Source of the DNA: an uncultured Anaeroplasmataceae bacterium
Lineage (GTDB): Bacteria; Bacillota_I; Bacilli_A; Acholeplasmatales; Anaeroplasmataceae
Assembly (NCBI GenBank): GCA_964606905.1
Contig: CAZSIA010000001.1
Span: 1 to 42,656 of the forward strand
Direction: 5' to 3'
Length of the DNA stretch: 42,656 bases
Shown here piece after piece: positions 9,028 through 17,896 of this stretch (its first letter is position 1; every line of letters starts with the position of its first letter). The notes under the pieces were generated by a model. The model was given only the letters and a program-made list of their open reading frames with translations. It was not told the origin of the DNA and made no database searches. The position numbers and the translations under genes are program-made.

Positions 9028-9857
9028 AACAATGTCTCTCCTTCCGGATCAGCTTTAGAAATAATCACAAGAGAACCGATAACTACAACAATAATAATTA
9101 ACGAAATCATACAGCCAATATTATATTGAGTAGCTACACCTTTCGCTCCTGAAATATAATTTTCTATTACATTTCCAATTAAATTAATTTTACCATTACC
9201 AATTATTTCTGGAATCGCAAAACCAGTAGCTGCAGGTAAAAACACCATAATTATTCCACTAGTAACACCCTTCATTGATAAAGGTAAAGTAACTTTTAAA
9301 AATGTTTTAATAGGTGTCGCACCTAAATCTTGACTAGCTTCAAATAAACTACGATCAATTTTTTGCAACTGAGTAAAGATTGGCAAAATCATAAATGGCA
9401 TATACATTAAAATCATAACTAATACAACCGCAAATTGTGTACCAGATAGATTTAGACTAATACCAAAAAATGATTCTAATAATCCTCCTTCACTCAACAT
9501 GTTATTAATTATCTTTAGACGCAATAACATACAAATCCACATTGGGAATAAAATTAATAAAATTGTTAAATACTTATTTTTAATTTTACTCATTGAAATA
9601 ATATACGAAACTGGATAGCCAAAAATAACACAACCAACTGTAGCTAAAAAGGCTAATTTTATACTATTCCAAAATGCTAATAAATTTTGTGCAGTAAAAA
9701 CAGATGAAACATGATCAACACTAAATCTAAACGAATCAAACGTTAAAGAATATTTAGTAGATGAGAAAGATAACAACGTTAAAAGAATTAAAGGTAATAA
9801 TACCAATACTCCTAACCAAATAACATACGGAATTGAAAAATGCTTAAATCGTTTCAT
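9024..9857 (-). CDS. potB: spermidine/putrescine ABC transporter permease
   Basis: 277 aa, six TM helices, EAA loop (FEASQDLGATPIKTFLKVTLP). Confidence 0.85.
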   Translation of the reverse strand: MKRFKHFSIPYVIWLGVLVLLPLILLTLLSFSSTKYSLTFDSFRFSVDHVSSVFTAQNLLAFWNSIKLAFLATVGCVIFGYPVSYIISMSKIKNKYLTILLILFPMWICMLLRLKIINNMLSEGGLLESFFGISLNLSGTQFAVVLVMILMYMPFMILPIFTQLQKIDRSLFEASQDLGATPIKTFLKVTLPLSMKGVTSGIIMVFLPAATGFAIPEIIGNGKINLIGNVIENYISGAKGVATQYNIGCMISLIIIVVVIGSLVIISKADPEGETLL

Positions 9858-11404
9858 TAACTTTCTTTTTCAACTTTCATCAAATGGATTTCATATGGAT
9901 CTACACTTAAACCGATTTGATCCCCAACTTTAGCCACTTCATAATCATGAATCACAAATTCCATTCCATTAATATTTGCACAAATTTCAAAATGAACACC
10001 TTTAAACACAACAGATTCTACAACACCAACAAGTTTTGCTTTATTAAGTGGAACCCTATCAAAGTCTTCCGGTCTAATTACAACATCACATTCTTCACCA
10101 ACGGCAAAGTTTTCATCAACACAATCAAATACTTGACCCATAAATTTAACTTTTTTATTGCCAACATATTCTCCTCTAATAATATTTGATTCACCGATAA
10201 AGTTCGCTACAAAGCGATTTTTTGGTTCATTATAAATATCTTCAGGAGTACCAATTTGTTGAATATAACCGTTATTCATAACAACAACTGTATCGCTCAT
10301 TGTTAAAGCTTCTTCTTGGTCATGAGTTACAAAGATAAATGTAATACCCAGCTTCCTTTGCATTTCTTTTAATTCATACTGCATGTTTTGTCTAAGCTTT
10401 AAATCAAGTGCGGCTAAAGGTTCATCTAACAACAAAATTTTAGGTCTATTAACTACTGCTCTAGCAATAGCTACTCGTTGTTGTTGCCCACCAGATAATG
10501 TATCAATTTTACGATGTTCAAAACCTTCTAATTTAACTAATTTTAAAGCCGCTAAAACTGCTTCATTAATTTGCTTTTTAGTCATCATCAAAGATTTAGC
10601 ACTTTTTATCTCATCTGCTTTATCCTTATGAGCTTGCTTTAATTCTGCTTCCAAACGGTCTAATTCAGCCCAAACCGCAATACTCCTAAGACGTTTTAAT
10701 TCTACTTCATATTTTTTAGTAGCTTTACTTTTACTAACACCACTAGCTACAGCTTCTTCAATAAGTTCATTAATTTCATTAATACGTTTTTTAGCGTTTT
10801 TAACTTCATCATCTTTATTCCACTCAATTTCAATTAACGCTTCAAGTTCAGGAATAATCTTTTCATATTTCTTTTCAACTTCTTCTAATCTACTTTCAAT
10901 TAGTTTTTGTTTTTCTTCGAAAATTTCTTCTTTAATCTTAACTTTTAGCGCCTTAAGTTGACCTCTAAGTTCAATCTTTTCCTCTTTAGTAATACTTTTA
11001 ACGTTTAATTTTCGTTGAATTTCTTTTCTTTCAGCTTCATGACTACGTCTAACATTACTTTTCAATTCCTCAAAAATTCGGTTATAATTTCTTAAACCAA
11101 AAGCTACATTATCAAAAATAGACAAATGTGGAAATAATGCATAACGTTGGAAAACTGTATTAATCGGACGTTGATAAGGTGGAAGATTATTAACTACTTC
11201 ACCATTTAAAATAATTTCTCCACTATCTGGTTCTTCAAATCCACCGATCATTCTAAGTGTTGTTGTTTTACCACAACCGCTAGGCCCTAAAAAAGTAATA
11301 AATTCATTGTCATTTACATAAAGATTCATCCCTTTTACAACTACATTATCACCATAAGCTTTTACTATATTTTTTAACTCAATAATTTTCTTTGCCATTT
11401 CCAT
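9857..11404 (-). CDS. potA: spermidine/putrescine ABC transporter ATPase with a large in-frame coiled-coil insertion
   Basis: Walker A GPSGCGKTT, Q-loop VFQRYALFPH, signature LSGGQQQRVAIARA, Walker B ILLLDEP and H-loop FVTHDQ. The C-terminal TOBE-like domain is present. About 168 extra K/E-rich residues lie between the Q-loop region and the signature motif. Confidence 0.85.
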   Translation of the reverse strand: MEMAKKIIELKNIVKAYGDNVVVKGMNLYVNDNEFITFLGPSGCGKTTTLRMIGGFEEPDSGEIILNGEVVNNLPPYQRPINTVFQRYALFPHLSIFDNVAFGLRNYNRIFEELKSNVRRSHEAERKEIQRKLNVKSITKEEKIELRGQLKALKVKIKEEIFEEKQKLIESRLEEVEKKYEKIIPELEALIEIEWNKDDEVKNAKKRINEINELIEEAVASGVSKSKATKKYEVELKRLRSIAVWAELDRLEAELKQAHKDKADEIKSAKSLMMTKKQINEAVLAALKLVKLEGFEHRKIDTLSGGQQQRVAIARAVVNRPKILLLDEPLAALDLKLRQNMQYELKEMQRKLGITFIFVTHDQEEALTMSDTVVVMNNGYIQQIGTPEDIYNEPKNRFVANFIGESNIIRGEYVGNKKVKFMGQVFDCVDENFAVGEECDVVIRPEDFDRVPLNKAKLVGVVESVVFKGVHFEICANINGMEFVIHDYEVAKVGDQIGLSVDPYEIHLMKVEKES

Positions 11405-11414
11405 AACCTCTTAA

Positions 11415-11957
11415 TTAAAAATTAGGCGGACAAGAAACCCAAATTAATTTTGCTGTTTTATTTGTCCTATTTTTTATATAATGAAATTTGTTTGTCTCAA
11501 TATAAAAGGCTTCACCCTTTTTACAACTTTTAACAACACTTCCGTAAACTACGTCAATACTTCCTTCTAAAACATAGCCAAACTCTTGACCTTCATGTGG
11601 AGTGTCTTCCATTGTTTTAGATAAAGGAGCTATTTCTACAAGAACTGATTCCATCATTAATTTCTGACTTGTCGGAATTAACCAGGTCATATCATATCCA
11701 TCAAAACTTTTTTTAATTTGTTCTTCTTTATTAAAAACAATCTTTTCGATTTGTTCTTCATTAAAAAAATCTGCCAAATTTGTCCCTAAAACTTCTAAAA
11801 TTTGTGTTAAGGTTGCCAGTGATGGACTCGTTTTATTATTCTCAAGTTGTGAAATATAACTCTTAGTTAATTCACATCTATTAGCCAACTCTTCTTGAGT
11901 AAGCGAAAGCATGGTTCGCATTTGTTTAATCTTTTTACCTAAATCCATTTCATACAC
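11415..11957 (-). CDS. XRE-family HTH plus cupin transcriptional regulator (PuuR-like), first gene of the pot operon
   Basis: N-terminal HTH_3 (LSLTQEELANRCELTKSYISQLENNKTSPS). C-terminal cupin (GQEFGYVLEGSIDVVYG...FYIETNKFHYIKN). It ends 10 nt upstream of potA. Confidence 0.8.
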   Translation of the reverse strand: MYEMDLGKKIKQMRTMLSLTQEELANRCELTKSYISQLENNKTSPSLATLTQILEVLGTNLADFFNEEQIEKIVFNKEEQIKKSFDGYDMTWLIPTSQKLMMESVLVEIAPLSKTMEDTPHEGQEFGYVLEGSIDVVYGSVVKSCKKGEAFYIETNKFHYIKNRTNKTAKLIWVSCPPNF

Positions 11958-12021
11958 AACCTTTCAGTTTTGACAAAATTAACTTATTGTTAACTTTTAC
12001 TAAACTATTATAGATAATTTA

Positions 12022-12049
12022 ATTATAGAACATTTCCCCCTTATGTCAA
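12022..12049 (-). promoter_or_regulatory. near-consensus sigma-A promoter of the regulator-potABCD operon
   Basis: Minus strand reads TTGACA (12049-12044), a 16-nt spacer, then TATAAT (12027-12022). A short inverted repeat TTAAC-N5-GTTAA at 11979-11993 sits in the leader. Confidence 0.6.
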
Positions 12050-12099
12050 CATAATAATTATAAATTATTAAACAATTAAATTATTATTAGCTTTGATTT

Positions 12100-12134
12100 T
12101 TTAAATAAAAGAAAAAGGAGAACTTTCATTCTCC
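12100..12134 (-). terminator. rho-independent terminator after cvpA
   Basis: Minus strand reads GGAGAA-TGAAAG-TTCTCC followed by TTTTTCTTTTATTT. Confidence 0.6.
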
Positions 12135-12140
12135 AAAATT

Positions 12141-12857
12141 TTAAAAAATTAAACCTAAAAAATTTCCAATCATATTGTTTTTGTAGATATACTTAGCTAA
12201 TCCAAATTCATCATCTTCTAGATGTAATTGTTCTTCAAAGAACAATACAAATCCACTATCTGGTGAAGCACTTTGCAAAATCAACGAAAGAATTAAAAAT
12301 AAAATATAAACCAATAACATAAATATTAAAAAGTAAAATACTATTCCGGCCAAACCATCTAAAACTCTAATAAAACCAACTGCTTTCCTTACGGTCTTAA
12401 CAATTAATTTTAAAATTAAGAAAGCTAAAGATGAAAACACTAGCAATAAGACAAATACAATCATGAAAACAAAGACGTAACTAACACCTTCTGAAATACT
12501 AGTTGCGATTTCTAGTGGGTCAACACTATCAACAATTCCGCCAGCTATAAAACTAGATATAAAGGATGGAAGACCTAATTCTTCAAGTAACTTACCAATC
12601 CCTTCAACTCCTTCTCCACCTTCAGTATAAGCCATAAAAGCATCAGATGACACGATATTGTTATATATTTTTTCTTCAATTGCACTATCCCATCCCCAGT
12701 TAACTACTAAATTTGTAACGGGTTTGGTAAAACAAATTGCAATAATTAATCCAGATAAAGCACTAGTTAATTTTAACAATGTAGTTAAAAAACCAACTTT
12801 ATATCCAATTATCGCAACGATTATAAATAATAGAATTAAAATTAAATCTAGTATCAT
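12141..12857 (-). CDS. cvpA: CvpA-family integral membrane protein
   Basis: The N-terminus MILDLILILLFIIVAIIGYKVGFL is typical of CvpA, and the protein has multiple TM helices. I prefer the ATG at 12857 (SD AAGGTGGTGG 4 nt upstream) over the GTG at 12878 used in the track. Confidence 0.65.
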   Translation of the reverse strand: MILDLILILLFIIVAIIGYKVGFLTTLLKLTSALSGLIIAICFTKPVTNLVVNWGWDSAIEEKIYNNIVSSDAFMAYTEGGEGVEGIGKLLEELGLPSFISSFIAGGIVDSVDPLEIATSISEGVSYVFVFMIVFVLLLVFSSLAFLILKLIVKTVRKAVGFIRVLDGLAGIVFYFLIFMLLVYILFLILSLILQSASPDSGFVLFFEEQLHLEDDEFGLAKYIYKNNMIGNFLGLIF

Positions 12858-12914
12858 ATAACCACCACCTTGTACCACAATTATACATTTTTTTTACCAT
12901 TTAGTAAATAAAAA

Positions 12915-13018
12915 GTCCAACTAAGTCCTATAATCACAACAATACGCTGCTTAAGGCTGCTACCTTCCGATCCTGACCTGGTTCACATGTATTCCTTGAA
13001 AATAAAACTTAGTTGAAC
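12915..13018 (-). ncRNA. ffs: signal recognition particle RNA, small (4.5S-like) type
   Basis: Minus strand contains AACCAGGTCAGGATCGGAAGGTAGCAGCCTTAAGCAGC, the conserved domain IV (compare E. coli ACCAGGUCAGGUCCGGAAGGAAGCAGCCAAGGCAG). The terminal helix CAACTAAGT/ACTTAGTTG closes the molecule and is followed by a T-run. The island is GC-rich against the AT-rich background. The tadA-ffs neighbourhood matches B. subtilis. Confidence 0.85.
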
Positions 13019-13024
13019 GATAGT

Positions 13025-13053
13025 ATTGTATCACTTTTATTAACGATTATCAA
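13025..13053 (-). promoter_or_regulatory. promoter of the SRP RNA gene (overlaps the tadA 3' end)
   Basis: Minus strand reads TTGATA (13053-13048), a 17-nt spacer, then TGaTACAAT (13033-13025). The predicted start coincides with the 5' arm of the SRP terminal helix. Confidence 0.55.
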
Positions 13054-13501
13054 CATTTTTTTGTCTTAACTCTTTAAAAAAATCTTTTATAATTCGACTA
13101 CATTCTTCTTCCATCACTCCGCCAACGACATTAACCTTGTGATTAAATGAGTAATCAAACAAGTTAAAAACACTTCCGCAAGCTCCTCCTTTTAAATCAT
13201 AAGCACCAAAATAAAGATTTTTTATGCGTGATTGAATAATCGCTCCACTACACATTGGGCATGGTTCTAATGTGACATAGATATCACATTCTTCTAAACG
13301 CCATGATCCGATTTTTTTATTAGCTTTTTTAATCGCATTAAGCTCAGCGTGTCCTAAAACACTTTGATCTACCTCACGAGTATTATGACCTCTAGCTATA
13401 ATTTTATCATTATAAACTATAACAGCACCAACAGGTACTTCAGCAATAAGATATGCCTTTTTAGCCTCGGCTAAAGCGGCCTTCATAAATTTATTTATCA
13501 C
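13040..13501 (-). CDS. tadA: tRNA-specific adenosine(34) deaminase
   Basis: 153 aa with CDA zinc motifs HAELNAI and PCPMCSGAI. Confidence 0.9.
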   Translation of the reverse strand: MINKFMKAALAEAKKAYLIAEVPVGAVIVYNDKIIARGHNTREVDQSVLGHAELNAIKKANKKIGSWRLEECDIYVTLEPCPMCSGAIIQSRIKNLYFGAYDLKGGACGSVFNLFDYSFNHKVNVVGGVMEEECSRIIKDFFKELRQKNVDNR

Positions 13502-14066
13502 GTTTTAGTACCATATGACAACGTCTACAGCGTGGTTCATAAGCTTCAGTTGCGCCAACAAGAATAATAGGATCATCCTCATATGCTGGTTGACCATCAA
13601 TGATTCTTTGAGTTCTAGTAGCTGATTGACCACAAACATTACAAATCGCATTTAATTTTGTAACGCTTTCCGCCCTTGCTAAAAGTTCAGCTAAAACTTT
13701 AAATGGATGTCCTTTAAAATCAGAATCTAAGCCGCCACAAATAACTCTTAAACCTTTATCAGCTAACCATTCAGCAACATTAATTACATTTTCATCAAAA
13801 AATTGTACTTCATCAATAATTACAGCATTAATTTCATCAGTTACATAATTTAAAATTTCATTAGAACTTTTAACACAGATTGAATTCTTACGATAATTAC
13901 TGTGAGAAACAATTTCAGTAGTTGAATAACGATTATCAATTGTGGGTTTAAAAACTAAATATTTCTTCTTTGCATATTCTAAACGATTAGCTCGACGAAT
14001 TAACTCTTCTGTTTTCCCTGCAAACATTGGTCCACAAATAACTTCAATTTGTCCCATTTTCTCCAT
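13491..14066 (-). CDS. tdk: thymidine kinase
   Basis: P-loop GPMFAGKTEE and zinc ribbon CNVCG...CRRCH. I prefer the start at 14066 (MEKMGQIEV), which has SD AAAGGAG 8 nt upstream. The track's extra 14 residues lack an SD. Confidence 0.9.
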   Translation of the reverse strand: MEKMGQIEVICGPMFAGKTEELIRRANRLEYAKKKYLVFKPTIDNRYSTTEIVSHSNYRKNSICVKSSNEILNYVTDEINAVIIDEVQFFDENVINVAEWLADKGLRVICGGLDSDFKGHPFKVLAELLARAESVTKLNAICNVCGQSATRTQRIIDGQPAYEDDPIILVGATEAYEPRCRRCHMVLKRDK

Positions 14067-14144
14067 AAAAACGACTCCTTTTACCTCTTTAATAATAGAA
14101 AAGGTCACTCGAAAGCGACCATTTTAATATCATTTTACAATAAA

Positions 14145-14354
14145 TTACTTTTGGTTTAAGCCATAACGTTTGTTGAACTTTTCAACGCGTCCATCAGCTT
14201 GAACGAAAGTTTGCTTTCCTGTATAGAATGGATGACAGTTAGCGCAAGTATCAACTTTAATTTCTTTTAAAATTGAACCTGTTTCAAACACTGCACCACA
14301 TGTTGTACAAGTAACTTTTGTCTTATGATAGTTTGGATGAATTCCTTTTTTCAT
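14145..14354 (-). CDS. rpmE: 50S ribosomal protein L31 (zinc-binding type A)
   Basis: [20 protein letters not shown]...[12 protein letters not shown]. The start at 14354 is preceded by GGAAGGAG. The upstream 29 residues in the track cover the promoter. Confidence 0.9.
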   Translation of the reverse strand: MKKGIHPNYHKTKVTCTTCGAVFETGSILKEIKVDTCANCHPFYTGKQTFVQADGRVEKFNKRYGLNQK

Positions 14355-14412
14355 TACGTCTACACTCCTTCCGCCATAGTTTATTAAAACTATAGTAAGT
14401 AACACTTCTTGG

Positions 14413-14441
14413 ATTATAACACAATTCATTTTATGTTGCAA
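14413..14441 (-). promoter_or_regulatory. promoter of rpmE
   Basis: Minus strand reads TTGCAA (14441-14436), a 17-nt spacer, then TATAAT (14418-14413). Confidence 0.55.
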
Positions 14442-14448
14442 TACCTTT

Positions 14449-15456
14449 TCATTTATAATTTTCGATAATTTTTAAAGCAATTAAAACTGCATTACTGGCG
14501 GCACCTCTACGTAAATTATCCGCAACACAATAAAACAATAAAGAATTGCTAGAACAAAGATCTTTTCTTATTCTACCTACATAAACATAATCAGTATTAT
14601 TTGCAACAGTTGATACTGGATATATACTATTTTTTGTATCATCTAATATTATAATGCTTTTTTGTTTTTTTAACTCTTCTATAACTTCATCAATATCAAA
14701 AGTATTTTCAATTTCAACCCTAACACTTACACCGTGACAGTATAAAACAGGAACTCTTACACAAGTAGAAGACACACATAAATTGGGTAAATGTAAAATC
14801 TTTCGTGTTTCATTAACCATCTTCATTTCCTCTTTTGTATATCCATTATCTAAAAATATATCAATTTGAGGAATACACGTCTTACTAATATCATATGGAT
14901 AAAAATTTCCTTTTTCATTTTTTCTTGAAAGTTCTAAATCATTAATTCCATTCATACCACTACCACTGACTGCTTGAAATGTTGTATAATTGACTTTTTT
15001 TAAACCATATTTTTTTAAACAATTTAAAACTAAAACACACTGAATAGTAGAACAATTTGGATTTGATATCAATCTAGAACAATCATTAAAATCACTAAAA
15101 TTAATTTCCGGAACAATTAACGCAACGTCTTTATTCATTCTATAAAAACTAGAATTATCAATAACAATACAACCTGCCTTTAACGCAATAAGACACCACT
15201 TTTCTGAAATAGTAGCCTTAGCTGTAAAAAAAGCAAAATCAACATCAACAAATGATTTATCTGTTAACTTTTCAACAAAATAAACTTTATTATTATAAAT
15301 AATTTCTTTACCCACACTTTTATCACTAGCGAACAAAAAAAGCTTATTAATTGGAAAATTATATTCTGATAAAACTTTTAATAAAACACTTCCTACAACC
15401 CCTGTAGCACCCACTATAGCCACATTATATTTTTTTATAATTAATCCCTCTTTCAA
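14449..15456 (-). CDS. asd: aspartate-semialdehyde dehydrogenase
   Basis: 335 aa with NAD-binding N-terminus [13 protein letters not shown] and active-site context SNPNCSTI. The start codon is uncertain (see findings). Confidence 0.85.
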   Translation of the reverse strand: MKEGLIIKKYNVAIVGATGVVGSVLLKVLSEYNFPINKLFLFASDKSVGKEIIYNNKVYFVEKLTDKSFVDVDFAFFTAKATISEKWCLIALKAGCIVIDNSSFYRMNKDVALIVPEINFSDFNDCSRLISNPNCSTIQCVLVLNCLKKYGLKKVNYTTFQAVSGSGMNGINDLELSRKNEKGNFYPYDISKTCIPQIDIFLDNGYTKEEMKMVNETRKILHLPNLCVSSTCVRVPVLYCHGVSVRVEIENTFDIDEVIEELKKQKSIIILDDTKNSIYPVSTVANNTDYVYVGRIRKDLCSSNSLLFYCVADNLRRGAASNAVLIALKIIENYK

Positions 15457-15485
15457 AAGTTAATTTCTTTTAACTAAGCCATTAA

Positions 15486-16034
15486 TTATATGTTATTATT
15501 AACAAAATTATTAATACCATAAAGATTAGTATTCGGATCTTTAAAGATTTCTATTTTTGGTTGATAAAAAGTAAATAAAACAAATAAAATTCCAATTGTA
15601 ATAACTAAAAAGAAATAACTATTTGAAACCTCATTAAGACTTTCTTTCTTTTTAAATAGTTTAATCTCAAATATATAAGTCACACAAACTGAAATAATAA
15701 AAATACCTATATTTATCCAATCTGGTGATTTTCCTATTACACCATTATAAAAATAAAATAACAACGGAATTAATAATAGTCCAAGAACAATTCCTTTAAA
15801 TTTTATATTCCAAAAGCTTTGATATTCTTTAAAGAAAAAACTTTCTACAATCGCAAAGATCACCATTGGGAAAAATAATAGTTTCATATGTTCCCAAGTT
15901 GACTCATTAACTCCTGAAAAAGGAGCGACAAAAACTGACTTATTAGTCCACTCATATAAAAAATGTAAAATAACACCAAATGCTACAGTAAATACAATAC
16001 CACTAATTTGCCACTTTAATAATGACTTTTTCAC
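15486..16034 (-). CDS. hypothetical integral membrane protein (DUF6512-like)
   Basis: 182 aa, about five TM helices. The motif YEW...PF..VNES.WEHMKLLFFP resembles, from memory, a conserved Firmicute membrane family. Confidence 0.5.
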   Translation of the reverse strand: MKKSLLKWQISGIVFTVAFGVILHFLYEWTNKSVFVAPFSGVNESTWEHMKLLFFPMVIFAIVESFFFKEYQSFWNIKFKGIVLGLLLIPLLFYFYNGVIGKSPDWINIGIFIISVCVTYIFEIKLFKKKESLNEVSNSYFFLVITIGILFVLFTFYQPKIEIFKDPNTNLYGINNFVNNNI

Positions 16035-16077
16035 TATATCACCTTTATATTAGTTTATTCAAAAAAATCAGAAAAAT

Positions 16078-16106
16078 ACTAAAAAAAAACCTTCAAAACT
16101 GAAGGT
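16078..16106 (-). terminator. rho-independent terminator after mgsA
   Basis: Minus strand reads ACCTTC-AGTTTT-GAAGGT followed by a run of 9-10 T. Confidence 0.7.
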
Positions 16107-16120
16107 GCATATATTTAAAA

Positions 16121-16519
16121 TTATTTTCTAGTAATTTTTTGACTAGGCAACTCTGATTTATCTAAAGCTTTCAACATTATTTTTGCACTAGCTACATTTG
16201 TCGCAAGTGGAATATTAACCACATCGCATAAACGCAAAAGCGCACTAACATCAGGTTCATGTGGTTGAGCAGTTAAAGGATCTCTTAGGAAAATAACCAA
16301 GTCTAATTGATTATCCGCAATCATTGAACCAATTTGTTGATCTCCACCAAGCGGACCCGATTTTAAACGTGTTATTGTCAGTCCTGTTTCGCCCATAACA
16401 AGCGCCCCAGTAGTACCTGTTGCGTATAATCCATGCAAAGCTAAAACATGCTTATATTCTTTAGTTAATTCAATCATTTCATTTTTCTTTTTGTCATGTG
16501 CAATTAAAGCTATCCTCAC
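16121..16519 (-). CDS. mgsA: methylglyoxal synthase
   Basis: 132 aa: [12 protein letters not shown]...GTTG...[11 protein letters not shown]...DPL..QPHEPDV, the MGS family signature. Confidence 0.9.
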   Translation of the reverse strand: MRIALIAHDKKKNEMIELTKEYKHVLALHGLYATGTTGALVMGETGLTITRLKSGPLGGDQQIGSMIADNQLDLVIFLRDPLTAQPHEPDVSALLRLCDVVNIPLATNVASAKIMLKALDKSELPSQKITRK

Positions 16520-16555
16520 AATAACACCCTCTTTCTTCTTTATTATATATTACGA

Positions 16556-17896
16556 TTAATTAGTTGTCCAACTTCTAAACTGTTTAAATATTTCAAAATT
16601 ATAAAAATCTTCATTTGTATTAGAACATCTTACACCAGTACCAGTAGCATCAGCATAAACAACAATATCTCCATTTGCTGCTTCATATCCACTTCCATTA
16701 TCACTTACCATGCTTGGTACATAAAAATGTTTCACACCATATTTAACCAAATTATCAACAGCAGTTTTAGTAGGAAAAATATTATCTAAATCACTAGTAT
16801 ATTCAGTAGTAAAAGCCACACAAGTAGCAATTGCTACTTCAGGCCTAATAACAGAAAGTAAAGCATCTGAAGAGCTTGTTTTAGAACCATGATGACCTAA
16901 TTTATAAAGATAAACTTCACCTAAATCATTATTTTCTACTAAATACTCTTCCGCTTTTCCTTCGTTTTCTAAATCACCAGTAAACAAAAATTGTTCTTCA
17001 CCTCTACGCAACATAAAGCAAACCGAATAATTATTTTCATTATTTGTCTCATGTTCATAATAATAATTATATAAAATTTCTATTTCAATTCCTGCAGCTA
17101 CTTCAATAACTCTTTCTGCGCCATTAGTATTATTATAACATTCTAACGCAGTATATCTTTTCACACCATTTGTTTCTAATCTATCTACTGCTTCTCTATA
17201 TTCTTTATATAAATCACTTGTTTTTCCTGTTTTTGCAAATTCAATAATTGTATCAATTTTAATATTTGAATCATTGAATATACCATCACTACCAACAAAT
17301 GCGGCAATATGATCTTGATCAGCGTGTGTTACAATAACATACTCTAACTTATTATCTTCTACATAACCATGTAGGTTAGAGTTACTATCAAATAAATAAT
17401 TCTTTATTGTTGGCGCGCTATTCTTTCTCGAACCAGCATCTACTAAAATATCAGTATCACCAGCTTTAATATATATACAATCACCTGCATATTTATTACC
17501 AAGCATCATAAAATTAATTTCTAAGTCTTCAAATTCTACAACATTAACAACCCTAGTGAGTGTAGAAGTAATCTTAGAATTATCTATTTTATATGTGACA
17601 TAATAAGTTGTTAAACTAGTAGTTGCAATTTCATTAACTTCATTCTTTTGTACATCATAATATGTAATTTCTAAGTCGTTTGAATAATCAACACCTCTAA
17701 AATTACAAACTGCCCCTTTTTCTTTATATGTAGAACCAATACCAACATTTACCTCTAATTTACCAACCAAATGAAACTCTAAATCATTACTTAAATAAAC
17801 ATTAGTTGCTAAATAGCCAACCATAACACCAATAATTAAAGCTAAAATTGAAATAACTACCGTTTTAAAAGGTGATGTCTTCTTCTTACTCGCCAC
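16556..17896 (-). CDS. membrane-anchored metallo-beta-lactamase-fold hydrolase (ComEC C-terminal-domain-like) with an N-terminal Ig-like (DUF5011-like) domain
   Basis: Signal-anchor TM, then a G..Y.E.G...DYS...Y.VTY...R.VNV module, then MBL motifs VTHADQDHIAAF and KLGHHGSKTSSS. I prefer the GTG at 17896, preceded by GGGAGGTG, which overlaps the upstream stop by 11 nt. Confidence 0.75.
   Translation of the reverse strand: MASKKKTSPFKTVVISILALIIGVMVGYLATNVYLSNDLEFHLVGKLEVNVGIGSTYKEKGAVCNFRGVDYSNDLEITYYDVQKNEVNEIATTSLTTYYVTYKIDNSKITSTLTRVVNVVEFEDLEINFMMLGNKYAGDCIYIKAGDTDILVDAGSRKNSAPTIKNYLFDSNSNLHGYVEDNKLEYVIVTHADQDHIAAFVGSDGIFNDSNIKIDTIIEFAKTGKTSDLYKEYREAVDRLETNGVKRYTALECYNNTNGAERVIEVAAGIEIEILYNYYYEHETNNENNYSVCFMLRRGEEQFLFTGDLENEGKAEEYLVENNDLGEVYLYKLGHHGSKTSSSDALLSVIRPEVAIATCVAFTTEYTSDLDNIFPTKTAVDNLVKYGVKHFYVPSMVSDNGSGYEAANGDIVVYADATGTGVRCSNTNEDFYNFEIFKQFRSWTTN

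Noticed and set aside
10586-11089. The PotA extra segment as an inserted mobile element, a gene fusion or a frameshift artefact.
   Set aside because: The reading frame is continuous, the composition matches the host, and there are no flanking repeats. The ABC motifs on both sides are in the correct order, so it is an in-frame domain insertion.
14067-14108. The N-terminal extension of tdk in the track (MTFSIIKEVKGVVF), and similarly the rpmE extension at 14355-14441.
   Set aside because: Strong SD sequences precede the internal ATGs at 14066 and 14354. Both family N-termini start there, and the rpmE extension overlaps its own promoter.
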